Below are positions 16,404-26,487 of a stretch of DNA of 62,414 nt, piece by piece. A program made the translations under genes and the position numbers. The stretch spans positions 1 to 62,414 of the forward strand of contig JACOXM010000003.1 in NCBI GenBank assembly GCA_016176285.1, written 5' to 3'. This DNA is from Candidatus Giovannonibacteria bacterium. Lineage in GTDB: Bacteria > Patescibacteriota > Minisyncoccia > JACPKW01 > UBA11713. Below the pieces are notes generated by a model. That model was not told the DNA's origin. It searched no databases and worked only from the letters and a program-made list of their open reading frames with translations. Every line of letters starts with the position of its first letter. Positions within the stretch are counted from its first letter, which is position 1.

Positions 16404-16733
16404 ATGAAAAAAACAGCCGTTTTTCTTTTTGTTTTGGTTTGGGTTCTGACATCCTGCGTTGAGAATAATACTCTCAAGGGTAGGGCGAAGCGTCTGGCCC
16501 AGACCGGCGAGTGGGTCGTGACGAGGATCGAGAGGAGGACGGATTCACTTGTGGTCATTTTCGAGACTGGAAACCAGAGAGAAGTGGTTATTGCCGAGCC
16601 GGGGCTCCCGCATTTCGAGGACTATCTGCGGCTCAAAGCCGGCGATAAAATAATTTTCACTTTCGATCCCGGCGGCAAGGATAATTACCTGCAGGCCTTT
16701 CTCTGGCCTGCAAAAAAGGATAGGTTCTTCTGA
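16404..16733 (+). CDS. Putative lipoprotein
   Basis: MKKTAVFLFVLVWVLTSC lipobox-like signal, GGAGGTG RBS upstream. The longer ORF from 16281 overlaps the clpP start region. Confidence 0.5.
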   Translation: MKKTAVFLFVLVWVLTSCVENNTLKGRAKRLAQTGEWVVTRIERRTDSLVVIFETGNQREVVIAEPGLPHFEDYLRLKAGDKIIFTFDPGGKDNYLQAFLWPAKKDRFF

Positions 16734-16753
16734 AACTTAGCGAGGAGACAAGG

Positions 16754-17359
16754 ATGAAAAAAATTTCAGTTGAGACGGAGCTCGCCTTTTTTAAGAGAAT
16801 TAAACGCAATAAATGGGCAAGATATATCAGCGTCTTGAAGCGATCTTGGAGAAGAGCCTGTCTTCGATATAATGCACGAAAAAAAGTTTTCGTTCTGGGC
16901 AGTTTGACGCACAGCCGGTTGGCGCAGCCCTATATTAGGTTTGTGAACGAATTTCTAAAAGAAAGGGGCTATGAAGTTCTTTCCGACCATAATGGCGCGG
17001 ATCAGCCGGTAAAAAATTTTCTAGAGACTATCGGCAGTTCCGAAAGGCACGATGTGGAAACGCTCCACAATCTCTTTCGGGATAACGACAACAGATGGAT
17101 TCGCGAATGCGGCTTTCTTGTTGCGGAGTTGAGTCAGCCAAGCTTGGGCGTTGGAGGCGAATGGGAAAATTGCCGCCTAAAACCAGAACTCGGCTCATTC
17201 GTAACCCCGATGCTCGGGATTTATCAGGATGGCTCGAAAGTGTCGCCATATATTACCGGCATCGCAGAGTATGAACGGGAATACATTTGGTTCCGTCCAT
17301 ATAAAACAAAAGATGATTTAGTTCGAATTCTCACACAATTTCTCAAAGAGTTCACATAA
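16754..17359 (+). CDS. Hypothetical protein, possibly nucleoside 2-deoxyribosyltransferase-like
   Basis: 201-aa ORF. Weak resemblance only (VFVLGS..., AELSQPSLGVGGEWENC). Confidence 0.3.
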   Translation: MKKISVETELAFFKRIKRNKWARYISVLKRSWRRACLRYNARKKVFVLGSLTHSRLAQPYIRFVNEFLKERGYEVLSDHNGADQPVKNFLETIGSSERHDVETLHNLFRDNDNRWIRECGFLVAELSQPSLGVGGEWENCRLKPELGSFVTPMLGIYQDGSKVSPYITGIAEYEREYIWFRPYKTKDDLVRILTQFLKEFT

Positions 17360-17363
17360 ACCA

Positions 17364-17394
17364 AAAGAGGCCCCGCATATGCAAGGCCTCTTTT
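17364..17394. terminator. Intrinsic terminator between convergent genes
   Basis: AAAGAGGCC ... GGCCTCTTT 9-bp stem followed by a T-run. Confidence 0.65.
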
Positions 17395-17410
17395 AAAATT
17401 GAGTTTATTT

Positions 17411-19438
17411 CTAAAGGAATCTAACGAGCATTAGCGCCACAATATTTACGATTTTTATCATCGGGTTTATTGCGGGACCTGCGGTGTCTTTGTAGGGATC
17501 GCCGACGGTGTCGCCTGTAACCGCGGCTTGATGCGCGGGGGATTTTTTGCCGCCGTAATTTCCTTCCTCGATATATTTCTTCGCGTTATCCCATGCCGCA
17601 CCCCCCGAAGTCATTGCTATAGCCTGGAAAAGACCCGTGATGATTACTCCGATCAGGAGACCACCCAATGCCTTTGGGCCGAAAATGAATGCAAATAAAA
17701 TTGTAACAACCAATGGAAGAAGGGCGGGCAAAACCATTTCTCTTAGTGAAGCTTTAGTAACAATATCTACAGCTCTTGCGTAATCCGGCTTATCTATCCC
17801 TTCCATAATTTTTTTCTCGCGAAACTGCCTTCGGACTTCTTCAACTATGCTTCCGGCCGCTTTGCCTACCGCGAGCATGGAGAGTGATGCGAAAATATAC
17901 GGCAAAATTCCGCCTATAAATAATCCCAAGATAACCAAAGGGTCTTGCAAGGGGAATGTGGTTCCCTTACCAAAATTTTCAAGCTCCGAAGCATAGGCGC
18001 CGAAAAGAACCAGTGCCGCAAGCCCAGCCGAACCAATGGCATACCCTTTTGTAATGGCTTTTGTTGTATTTCCAACTGCATCTAGCGCGTCCGTTACTTC
18101 CCGGACCTCCGAGCTAAGGCCGGACATTTCGGAAATGCCTCCGGCGTTGTCAGTTATCGGCCCGAAAGAATCAATTGCTACAATTATTCCCGCGAGCGAG
18201 AGCATGCTTGTCGCGGCGATTGCGATTCCGTAAAGGCCGAAAAGATAAAATGCGAAATAACTTCCGAGCGCGATTGCGGCAATCGGGAGCGCTACGGATT
18301 CCATCGAAACCGCGAGGCCCATTATTATATTTGTCCCGTGTCCGGAATTTGATGCCTTCGCAATATTTTTAACCGGCCTGAATTTTTTTGAAGTGTAATA
18401 TTCTGTGAAAATAACAATAAAAACCGTTACAAGGATTCCGATGACTGCCGTTAAATAAACTTTTAGCGGATCTCCTGATAAGGTTTTAATTTGCTCGCCT
18501 AATAAATCTGCGCTTATTCCATCCGGATGTACGAACATATTTGTTATCGGCCAGAAAAGAATCAATGAGAGAACAGCGCTCGCGATAAGCCCTTTATATA
18601 AACCCGCCATGATATTTTCTTTTTTCTTCGCGCCGACAAATAAAGAGCCGATAATGGAAGCTATTATAGCGCCGGCCCCGATTGTTAATGGATAGAGTAT
18701 TGCGGAATTAGTATCCGGAAAAAGCAGAGTTCCAAGTAATATGGTGGAAATAAGGGTAACCGCGTAAGTTTCGAAGAGATCTGCCGCCATTCCGGCGCAG
18801 TCCCCGACATTATCCCCGACGTTATCGGCTATTACGGCGGGGTTTCGCGGGTCGTCTTCGGGAATTCCCGCTTCAACCTTTCCAACTAAATCCGCGCCGA
18901 CATCCGCGCCCTTCGTGTAAATTCCGCCGCCCAATCGCGCGAAAACTGAAATTAGGGATCCTCCAAAACCCAGGCTTAAAAGAGCGGAGATATCTTTTGT
19001 AAATATCCAAAAGCCGCAAATTACAATTAGGCCTAAGGAAACAACAAGAAAGCCTGTCACAGAACCGCCAATATATGCGAGAGAAAAAGCTTCTGAAAGG
19101 CCTTTTTTGGCGGCTTCGGCCACTTTAACGTTTGATTTAACGGCTGTCATCATTCCGAGATACCCTGCGAGTGCGGATGCGGCGCCCCCGATCAAGAATC
19201 CAACGGAGCTTTTTAATCCAAAAAAATATAAAAGAGTGAGAGCAACGATAATTGCTACGATGCCCACGACTTTATATTGTCTTTTGATGAATGCCCTTGA
19301 TCCTTCTTCGATTGCGCCCGAGACTTCTTCCATTTTTTCGTTGCCCTTTGGCGCGTTTTTAATTTTGAGACTGGCCCAGACTGAAAAGATAATCCCCAAT
19401 ACCCCAATGCCAGCCAGATATATTAAAAAATTGTTCAT
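17411..19438 (-). CDS. hppA: Membrane-bound proton/sodium-translocating pyrophosphatase
   Basis: 675-aa polytopic ORF with diagnostic motifs ([30 protein letters not shown]). Confidence 0.9.
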   Translation of the reverse strand: MNNFLIYLAGIGVLGIIFSVWASLKIKNAPKGNEKMEEVSGAIEEGSRAFIKRQYKVVGIVAIIVALTLLYFFGLKSSVGFLIGGAASALAGYLGMMTAVKSNVKVAEAAKKGLSEAFSLAYIGGSVTGFLVVSLGLIVICGFWIFTKDISALLSLGFGGSLISVFARLGGGIYTKGADVGADLVGKVEAGIPEDDPRNPAVIADNVGDNVGDCAGMAADLFETYAVTLISTILLGTLLFPDTNSAILYPLTIGAGAIIASIIGSLFVGAKKKENIMAGLYKGLIASAVLSLILFWPITNMFVHPDGISADLLGEQIKTLSGDPLKVYLTAVIGILVTVFIVIFTEYYTSKKFRPVKNIAKASNSGHGTNIIMGLAVSMESVALPIAAIALGSYFAFYLFGLYGIAIAATSMLSLAGIIVAIDSFGPITDNAGGISEMSGLSSEVREVTDALDAVGNTTKAITKGYAIGSAGLAALVLFGAYASELENFGKGTTFPLQDPLVILGLFIGGILPYIFASLSMLAVGKAAGSIVEEVRRQFREKKIMEGIDKPDYARAVDIVTKASLREMVLPALLPLVVTILFAFIFGPKALGGLLIGVIITGLFQAIAMTSGGAAWDNAKKYIEEGNYGGKKSPAHQAAVTGDTVGDPYKDTAGPAINPMIKIVNIVALMLVRFL

Positions 19439-19444
19439 ACAATT

Positions 19445-20662
19445 TTATTGTTTTTCCTGCACCTCTTCGCCTTCTTCGTTTACCGAAGTAACGGTTTCTC
19501 CTGTTCGCGAACGAATATCTATTTTATACCCGGTCAATTTAGCTGCGAGCCTTACGTTTTGCCCGGCTTTTCCGATTGCCAAAGAGAGCTGGTCTTCCGC
19601 CACTTTTACTTCCGCTTCTTTTCTATCTGCTTTTACTTCAACTTCCAAAACTTTAGCAGGCGAGAGGCTTTTCGCGATAAACTCTTCAGGATTTTCCCTC
19701 CATTCAATTATGTCTATTTTTTCCCCGCCGAGCTCTGAGATAACTGTTCCGACGCGAATTCCTTTCTGTCCAACGAGCGAACCTACCGGGTCCACTCCGT
19801 CTTCATGGGAAGAAACTGCTATTTTTGTTCTTAGTCCCGCTTCCCTGGCGATGGATTTTACCTCAACTACGCCGTTTTGTATTTCAGGCACTTCTGTTTC
19901 GAAGAGTTTTGCGACAAAACGAGGGTGCGAGCGCGAAAGATACAGCCCAGGGCCCTTAGGATTTTTTTCAGCCAATATTAAATATGCTTTGATTCTCTCG
20001 CCGATTCGGTAGCGTTCGCCGCGAACTTGCTCTTCTTTGGGAAGGAGAGCGGTGGCGCGTCCAAGGTCCAAGAAAACATTTTTTCCTTCGATTCTTTGGA
20101 CTATCCCGGATACGATTTCACCTTCCTTTGAGGCATATTCGGTGTAAATTGATTCTCTTTCCGCTTCGCGTATTCTCTGAATAATGACCTGCTTTGCGGT
20201 TTGCGCCGCAATTCTGCCATACTCATCTTTGGTTTCAAGGGGAAATACTAATTCATCGCCAAGTTTTGCGTCCGGCTTTGTTTTTTTGGCCTCCTCGAGC
20301 ATTATGTGGCGCTCTGGATTGAAACGCACCTTTTTGGGCTCGCCCTCAACTTCTGCCTCGGCTATTTCGGCTTCCCGCCCAGAAGCTTCTTCGGGGCGAG
20401 GTTCGCCCTCTTCAATGGCGGCGCCCTCTTCCTCGTTCTTAAGCATAGACTCGTCCACGACGATTTTAACCTGAAAAAATTGGGCTTTTCCCATTTTTGG
20501 GTCGAATTTCGCTCTTATAATTTGGCCCCTCTTGCCATAATCCTTTTTGTAGGCGGCGGACAAAGCCATTTCTATCGTTTCAAGTATTTTTTCCCTGGGG
20601 ATGCCGCGTTCAACAAGAACCTCCTCAAGCGCGTTTTGAAAATTTTTTAGATCTAGTGTCAT
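19445..20662 (-). CDS. nusA: Transcription termination/antitermination factor NusA
   Basis: 405-aa ORF with the NusA N-terminal domain, S1 and two KH-like segments (GQKGIRV, GKAGQNVRLAAKLTG). Confidence 0.9.
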   Translation of the reverse strand: MTLDLKNFQNALEEVLVERGIPREKILETIEMALSAAYKKDYGKRGQIIRAKFDPKMGKAQFFQVKIVVDESMLKNEEEGAAIEEGEPRPEEASGREAEIAEAEVEGEPKKVRFNPERHIMLEEAKKTKPDAKLGDELVFPLETKDEYGRIAAQTAKQVIIQRIREAERESIYTEYASKEGEIVSGIVQRIEGKNVFLDLGRATALLPKEEQVRGERYRIGERIKAYLILAEKNPKGPGLYLSRSHPRFVAKLFETEVPEIQNGVVEVKSIAREAGLRTKIAVSSHEDGVDPVGSLVGQKGIRVGTVISELGGEKIDIIEWRENPEEFIAKSLSPAKVLEVEVKADRKEAEVKVAEDQLSLAIGKAGQNVRLAAKLTGYKIDIRSRTGETVTSVNEEGEEVQEKQ

Positions 20663-20766
20663 GAGATTAAATTAGCCCGTTCAGAGAACGGACATTATTA
20701 ATAGTTTATCAGATTAAATAAAAATACACAATAGAGTTCGGGTTTTTGCTCTATAATGAAAAGAAC

Positions 20767-21717
20767 ATGGAGAAGGAACATTCTAGTAGCCTAAATGTAG
20801 TTGAGAGGTGTAGGGAATTGCACGTGCCTCTGTGGCAGTGCCCCCATTTTCTTTTTATTATGATGGGGGTCATTATTTCCCTCTCAATAATTACAACGCA
20901 TTTGGTGGCGACGAGTTACGCGGACGTGGAACCGGAAACGGTAGTTTCTATTATTTCCGCGCTCACTATTTTTCTTTTTGTCTTAGGAAATGCAATTGTA
21001 AAAGCGTTTGAAAAAGTTACTGAGGCTTCCCATCTTAAATCCGAATTTATCGCGATTATTTCCCATGAGTTGAGAAATCCACTCGCTTCCATAAAATGGC
21101 GGATTGATACTCTTTTTGAAAAAGATCAAGTTCCTGCGGACGAGTATACTAGCTCGTTAAGGATCATAAATAATTCAAACGAGAAGATGATCGGCTTAAT
21201 TAATGATCTTTTGGATATAAACAGAATTGAGGACAGAAGATTCAGCCTCTCGCCTGCGATTTTTTCCTTAAATGAGCTTACGGAAGAGATAATAAAATCT
21301 TTTGAACCAATTGCGGCGGCTTCAAATCTGAAATTTTTAGTGTTAACGCCAAAAACCCCGAACTGGGTAAAGGCCGATAAAACCAGGATAAAGTCTGTTA
21401 TCACGCGCTTTGTTGATAATGCCGTGCGCTATTCTACTTTGCCCGGAGAAATAACTTTAACGCTTGAGGATTTAGGGGGATATGTAAGGTGGTCCATAAC
21501 TGATCAGGGTGCGGGGATTCCTATGGATGAGGCCAGGAATATATTTTCAAATTTTTTCAGAGCTTCAAATATCCTCCGCTACCAGACGGAGGGGCTTGGT
21601 GTTGGTCTTTATCTGTCCAAATACATTATTGAAGCGTCCGGTGGAACGGTCGGGTTCAGGACGCTGGAAGGGCACGGCTCCACTTTTTACTTTTCCCTTC
21701 CTAAAACAACAGTCTGA
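20767..21717 (+). CDS. Sensor histidine kinase
   Basis: HisKA H-box SHELRNPL and HATPase G-boxes (DQGAGIP, GLGVGLYL). ATG at 20767; the ORF-track start at 20746 is TTG. Confidence 0.8.
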   Translation: MEKEHSSSLNVVERCRELHVPLWQCPHFLFIMMGVIISLSIITTHLVATSYADVEPETVVSIISALTIFLFVLGNAIVKAFEKVTEASHLKSEFIAIISHELRNPLASIKWRIDTLFEKDQVPADEYTSSLRIINNSNEKMIGLINDLLDINRIEDRRFSLSPAIFSLNELTEEIIKSFEPIAAASNLKFLVLTPKTPNWVKADKTRIKSVITRFVDNAVRYSTLPGEITLTLEDLGGYVRWSITDQGAGIPMDEARNIFSNFFRASNILRYQTEGLGVGLYLSKYIIEASGGTVGFRTLEGHGSTFYFSLPKTTV

Positions 21718-21718
21718 A

Positions 21719-22090
21719 ATGGCGAAAAAAATCTTAATAATTGAAGATGACGCGTCGTTGGCCGAAAATCTCGAGAAAACCATAAAGGCCGCCGGTTTCG
21801 AAGTCTATGTCTGTCACGATGGCGAAACTGGCTTTAAATTTATCCAGGAAAAAATACCTGACCTGATTCTGCTGGATTTGGTACTTCCGAAAAAGCACGG
21901 GTTCAAGATAATGGAAGAAATGGCAAAAAGTCCGGAATTGAAAAATATTCAGGTTATTGTTTTGACAAATCTCGAAAGTCCGAACGATATTGAACAGGCT
22001 TCCTCGCTTGGCATAAAAGCCTATCTGGTTAAAGCCAACTATACGCCTTCGGAGATTCTGAAAAAAGTTCAGGAAGCGCTTCAAGGTTAA
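21719..22090 (+). CDS. Response regulator (receiver domain only)
   Basis: MAKKILIIEDD..., phospho-acceptor context LILLDLVLP, conserved K in AYLVK. The start is 2 nt after the kinase stop. Confidence 0.8.
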   Translation: MAKKILIIEDDASLAENLEKTIKAAGFEVYVCHDGETGFKFIQEKIPDLILLDLVLPKKHGFKIMEEMAKSPELKNIQVIVLTNLESPNDIEQASSLGIKAYLVKANYTPSEILKKVQEALQG

Positions 22091-22100
22091 ATGAAATCTT

Positions 22101-23861
22101 ATGAAAATTGAAACCAAAAGACTCAAGTCGTTTTTGCTTGATTCGGGTTTATTGGATGCGAAGTCTTTGGAGGCGGCGGAAAAAAAGACTGATAAAAACG
22201 GCAAAAATTTACAGGATGAATTATTGGGAGAGGGAAAGCTGACGGAAGAGGATTTGTCGCGCTTGCAGGCCTACATATTGGGAATTCCTTATGTTGACCT
22301 AGAACACCAAAAAATTCCCGAAGAAATATTAAGGATTATTCCTGAGCCAATAGCCAGGACGCACAATATCATTGCTTATAAAAAAGACAAAAGCGACTTG
22401 GAGGTTGCCATGCTTGACCCTGAAGACCTGGAAACTATTGAGTTTATAAAAAAAACGTCGAACCTTAAAATTTTGCCGAGGTTGACGAACAGAGCGTCAA
22501 TAAAGAACGCGATTTCGCAATACAGAAGGTCCCTGGAAGCGGAATTCGGCGACATAATAAAAAAGGAAGCAAAAGACGTGATAATGGCAGCTCCAGTTAT
22601 TGAAGATAATAAGGAGAGCGAATTACTGGAAGATTTAAAAAAATCCGCAGAAGAAATTCCTATAGTAAAAATACTTGATACCTTGCTTCAGCACGCGATT
22701 GTGGAAAGGGCTTCCGATATTCATATTGAGCCGGGAGAAAAAGAAGTCGTGGTTAGATACCGCATAGACGGAATTCTTCGGGACGCAATGGTTTTGCCGA
22801 AACAAGTGGCGCCGGGGATTATTGCAAGGATAAAAGTTCTTTCAAGCCTGAAGCTCGACGAGCACCGCCTGCCGCAGGATGGGAGATTTAAAATCGAAAC
22901 AAATGAAGAAAGAATTTCTTTCAGGGTTTCCATTTTGCCGGTCGCGGAAGGAGAAAAAGCCGTTATGAGGATTTTAATTGAGAATTCAAAAAGTTTCACT
23001 CTCGAAACGCTTGGATTTTTTGCAGATAATCTTGAGAAAATTCACAAGGCCATTAAAAAGCCGGTCGGAATGGTATTAGCTACGGGGCCTACGGGCTCCG
23101 GGAAAACCACGACACTTTATACGGTGATAGATATTTTAAATACGCCGGAAGTAAACATTTCCACAATAGAAGATCCGGTTGAATACAGGATGCCGAGGGT
23201 TAATCAGACGCAGGTTAAGCCGGATATTGGTTTTACTTTTGCGAATGGGCTTCGTTCTCTTGTTCGGCAGGACCCGGACATAATAATGGTTGGCGAGATA
23301 CGCGACAATGAAACCGCCTCCCTCGCGGTTAATGCCGCGCTTACGGGACATTTAGTGCTTTCAACTTTACATACCAACTCTGCTGCGGGGGCTCTTCCAA
23401 GGCTCCTAGACATGAAAGTAGAACCATTTTTAATCGCTTCTACGGTCACTGCGATAATAGGCCAAAGGCTTGTCCGGAAATTATATAAATCGCGTAAACC
23501 CTTTAAACTTTCAAAAAGCGAATTAAATGAGCTCGGAAAAAATATTGACTTGGATCGAGTTCTCGAGTTTTTAAGAAAATATAACGTCGTAAAAGCCAAA
23601 GACGATTGGACGACGATAGATTTTTATAAACCGGAGCCGACAGTGGAATCTCCCGATGGATATAAGGATAGGATAGGCATCCATGAAGTTCTGGAAGTTA
23701 CGGAAACGATCAAGCAGCTGATTATGTCCGGCGCGACTTCGGACGATATCGAAAAACAGGCAAAAAAAGAAGGAATGACGACGATGTTTGAAGAAGGAAT
23801 CATAAAGGCTGTTCAGGGAATTACAACAATCGAAGAAGTATTAAGAGTTACGAGCGAATAA
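22101..23861 (+). CDS. pilB: Type IV pilus / type II secretion assembly ATPase (GspE/PilB family)
   Basis: 586-aa ORF with Walker A GPTGSGKTTT plus Asp and His boxes (VGEIRD, TGHLVLSTLHTN). Confidence 0.85.
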   Translation: MKIETKRLKSFLLDSGLLDAKSLEAAEKKTDKNGKNLQDELLGEGKLTEEDLSRLQAYILGIPYVDLEHQKIPEEILRIIPEPIARTHNIIAYKKDKSDLEVAMLDPEDLETIEFIKKTSNLKILPRLTNRASIKNAISQYRRSLEAEFGDIIKKEAKDVIMAAPVIEDNKESELLEDLKKSAEEIPIVKILDTLLQHAIVERASDIHIEPGEKEVVVRYRIDGILRDAMVLPKQVAPGIIARIKVLSSLKLDEHRLPQDGRFKIETNEERISFRVSILPVAEGEKAVMRILIENSKSFTLETLGFFADNLEKIHKAIKKPVGMVLATGPTGSGKTTTLYTVIDILNTPEVNISTIEDPVEYRMPRVNQTQVKPDIGFTFANGLRSLVRQDPDIIMVGEIRDNETASLAVNAALTGHLVLSTLHTNSAAGALPRLLDMKVEPFLIASTVTAIIGQRLVRKLYKSRKPFKLSKSELNELGKNIDLDRVLEFLRKYNVVKAKDDWTTIDFYKPEPTVESPDGYKDRIGIHEVLEVTETIKQLIMSGATSDDIEKQAKKEGMTTMFEEGIIKAVQGITTIEEVLRVTSE

Positions 23862-23864
23862 AAA

Positions 23865-25073
23865 ATGGCGGTCTATAGCTATTTGGCAAAAAATTTAGAA
23901 GGAGAGGAAAGGAAAGGCTCGAAAGAGGCCAAGGATAAGTATGATCTTTCGAAGTCGCTGCGCGAGGAAGGGTTTACGCTAATATCCGCGGAGACGGAGG
24001 GTTCAAAAAAAATTTCCATCTCGATCCCTATTTTCTCACGCATTTCCGTCGCTGAAAAAATGCTTTTCGCGAGAAATTTGTCCGTGATGATTTCCGCTGG
24101 GCTCGCCCTTTCGAGAAGTATCGAAATTTTATCCGAGGAAACAAAAAATCAAAGATTTAAGAAAACACTTCTGAACGTCGCCGCCTCCGTCAGCAAGGGG
24201 TCAAATTTTTCGGAATCCCTCAGGAACTTTCCTAAAATTTTTTCTAAGCTTTTTGTTGCTATGGTTTCCGCGGGAGAAAAAACAGGAAATATGGATGGTT
24301 CTTTGAAATTGATTTCCCATCAGCTGAAGCGGGAGTATGATCTAAGGCGCAAAGTGAGGGGTGCCATGATTTATCCAGTCGTTATACTTATTGCCATGTT
24401 TATTGTCGGAATTCTGATGATGATTTTCATCGTGCCGACTCTTGTCAGCACTTTTCAGGAATTGAATATGGAGCTCCCCACACTAACGAAAGTAGTAATT
24501 TTTATCAGCAATTTTCTTATACATAATCTCGTAATCGCTCTTTTAGGTTTCTTTATAGTAATTTTTTCAATTTATTCGGCCTTTCAAACTGAACGAGGGA
24601 AGAAAATTTTAGACGCAGTCTTGCTTAAAATTCCGGTCATATCGAGGCTTGTAAAACAGAATAATGCCGCGAGAACTTCGAGAACGCTCGGCTCCTTGAT
24701 AGGCTCAGGGGTTGCTATTCTTGAAGCCCTCGACATTACAGGCGACGTGATTCAAAACCACTATTTTAAAGAAGTAATCAAAGAAGCCAGGGAAAAAGTT
24801 GAAAAAGGCGGTGCGGTTTCTTCGGCATTTGTCGAAAATGCCGGACTTTATCCTTCGCTTGTGGGGGAAATGATGGCAATAGGCGAGGAGACCGGGAAAC
24901 TTTCAGAGATGCTCTTCAGGCTTGCGGTTTTTTATGAAGGAGAAGTCGGGCAAGCAACCAAAGACATGTCTACGATAATAGAGCCCGTGCTAATGATAAT
25001 AATTGGCGCGGTTGTGGGTCTCTTTGCCCTTTCAATGATTCAGCCGCTTTATGGGATAGTTGGAAACTTTTGA
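23865..25073 (+). CDS. pilC: Type IV pilus platform protein (GspF/PilC family)
   Basis: 402-aa ORF with two T2SS-F repeats and three TM regions. Confidence 0.85.
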   Translation: MAVYSYLAKNLEGEERKGSKEAKDKYDLSKSLREEGFTLISAETEGSKKISISIPIFSRISVAEKMLFARNLSVMISAGLALSRSIEILSEETKNQRFKKTLLNVAASVSKGSNFSESLRNFPKIFSKLFVAMVSAGEKTGNMDGSLKLISHQLKREYDLRRKVRGAMIYPVVILIAMFIVGILMMIFIVPTLVSTFQELNMELPTLTKVVIFISNFLIHNLVIALLGFFIVIFSIYSAFQTERGKKILDAVLLKIPVISRLVKQNNAARTSRTLGSLIGSGVAILEALDITGDVIQNHYFKEVIKEAREKVEKGGAVSSAFVENAGLYPSLVGEMMAIGEETGKLSEMLFRLAVFYEGEVGQATKDMSTIIEPVLMIIIGAVVGLFALSMIQPLYGIVGNF

Positions 25074-25075
25074 TC

Positions 25076-25522
25076 ATGAAAAAAGGGTTTACTTTGATGG
25101 AGTTTCTGATAGTGGCCGCAATAATATTACTTTTAGGAACTTTTGCGATAATTGCCTTTTCTAATTTTAATAAAAAATATATTCTCGAGGACGCAAGAAC
25201 AAAAGTAATAGAAGAGCTGAATTATGCGCGTTCCCAAACGCTCGGTTCCGAGGATAGGTCTTCATGGGGAGTAAGATTTGAAGCCAACCGAGTAATAAAA
25301 TTTAAGGGAACTTCTTATAATCCCGCGGATCCGTCAAATTTAGCGGTTACGCTGCCGAGCGACACTTCAATCAGTTCAATTAACCTCGGCGGATCTATCG
25401 ATGTTGTTTTTGAGCGTCTTACGGGGAGAACAATAAATACGGGTTCAATAACAATTCAACTTCTTTCAAATCCAATGTCCAGCACAACAATAAAAATTTA
25501 TGCTTCGGGAATTGCGGAATAA
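25076..25522 (+). CDS. Prepilin-type N-terminal cleavage/methylation domain protein (pilin-like)
   Basis: MKKGFTLMEFLIVAAIILLL class III signal (G|FTLxE). Confidence 0.75.
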   Translation: MKKGFTLMEFLIVAAIILLLGTFAIIAFSNFNKKYILEDARTKVIEELNYARSQTLGSEDRSSWGVRFEANRVIKFKGTSYNPADPSNLAVTLPSDTSISSINLGGSIDVVFERLTGRTINTGSITIQLLSNPMSSTTIKIYASGIAE

Positions 25523-26003
25523 AAAAGCTTTCGGAATTTTGGAAGTGATTATCGCGTCTGCCATTATTGGGGCATCTGTTTTGGCTCTCGTTACGGTTTT
25601 TCTCCTTGCCTCCGCCACCGTAGAGGCTTCGAGGAAAAAAATTCAAGCAATTTTTATTATTGATGAGGGGATTGAAGTTCTGAGATTTTTAAGGGATGGC
25701 AGTTGGAGTGGCACTTTTGCGGCGCTATCCCCGGGAACGGATTATTATCTTTCATTTTCAACAACGACTTCGAAATGGTCAATGTCTACTTCCCCTTCGG
25801 CGGCTATAGACGGAATATTTAATAGAAGTTTTAGAATTGAAAATGTGTCGAGGAACGCATCTTCAAATATCGAGTCTATTTATGATCCGGTCAATAATGA
25901 CCCCGGAACAAAAAAAGTTATTATGAGGGTAGAATGGCTTTTCAGGGGAGAAAATAAATCAATGACTTTGGAAAATTATTTCGTTAATCTCTTTGGGAAT
26001 TAA
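25500..26003 (+). CDS. Pilin-like protein (minor pilin candidate)
   Basis: N-terminus KAFGILEVIIASAIIGASVL resembles a degenerate prepilin signal. Located within the pilus cluster. Confidence 0.55.
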   Translation: MLRELRNKKAFGILEVIIASAIIGASVLALVTVFLLASATVEASRKKIQAIFIIDEGIEVLRFLRDGSWSGTFAALSPGTDYYLSFSTTTSKWSMSTSPSAAIDGIFNRSFRIENVSRNASSNIESIYDPVNNDPGTKKVIMRVEWLFRGENKSMTLENYFVNLFGN

Positions 26004-26004
26004 G

Positions 26005-26487
26005 ATGAAAAGGGGTTTCACATTGGTCGAGGCAATATTGTATATCGCGATATTGGGTATACTGGGAGTCTCAGTTGTTAATTTGATCTTGACTTCCAGT
26101 GCGACAGTCAGACAAATCAGATCCGAAAGAAGAATTGCGTCAGTAGGCGAGGCAGCGATGGAAAATTTAGTCAGGGAAATAAGGCAAGCTTCGGATGTCC
26201 TTGATGCGTCGAGCGTTTTCTCATCCAACCCCGGAATTCTTTCGTTGAGAACCGTTTCATTCCCGGGGAGCTCCACTGTGATCACTCGGACTTTTTCGCT
26301 TGGCTCGGGACGGCTTCAAAAACAGGACGATTTGGGCTCCCCGGAATATATCACGCCGCCGGAGGCGAGTATTTCCCAGCTTGTTTTTTGGCACTCGGCG
26401 ACTTCCACATCTGACCTCATCTCATTTCAATTAACGGTTGATTCAAAAAATTTTTATGGTTCAGCGGTCTTACGTTCAAAATACTGA
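26005..26487 (+). CDS. Prepilin-type N-terminal cleavage/methylation domain protein (pilin-like)
   Basis: MKRGFTLVEAILYIAILGIL class III signal. ATG at 26005. Confidence 0.7.
   Translation: MKRGFTLVEAILYIAILGILGVSVVNLILTSSATVRQIRSERRIASVGEAAMENLVREIRQASDVLDASSVFSSNPGILSLRTVSFPGSSTVITRTFSLGSGRLQKQDDLGSPEYITPPEASISQLVFWHSATSTSDLISFQLTVDSKNFYGSAVLRSKY

Noticed and set aside
19107-20012. 301-aa plus-strand ORF spanning the hppA/nusA junction
   Set aside because: It is antisense to two well-supported genes (a pyrophosphatase with diagnostic motifs, and NusA). Its translation is low-complexity and Ser/Pro/Ala/Thr-rich with no motifs, which is typical of a shadow ORF.
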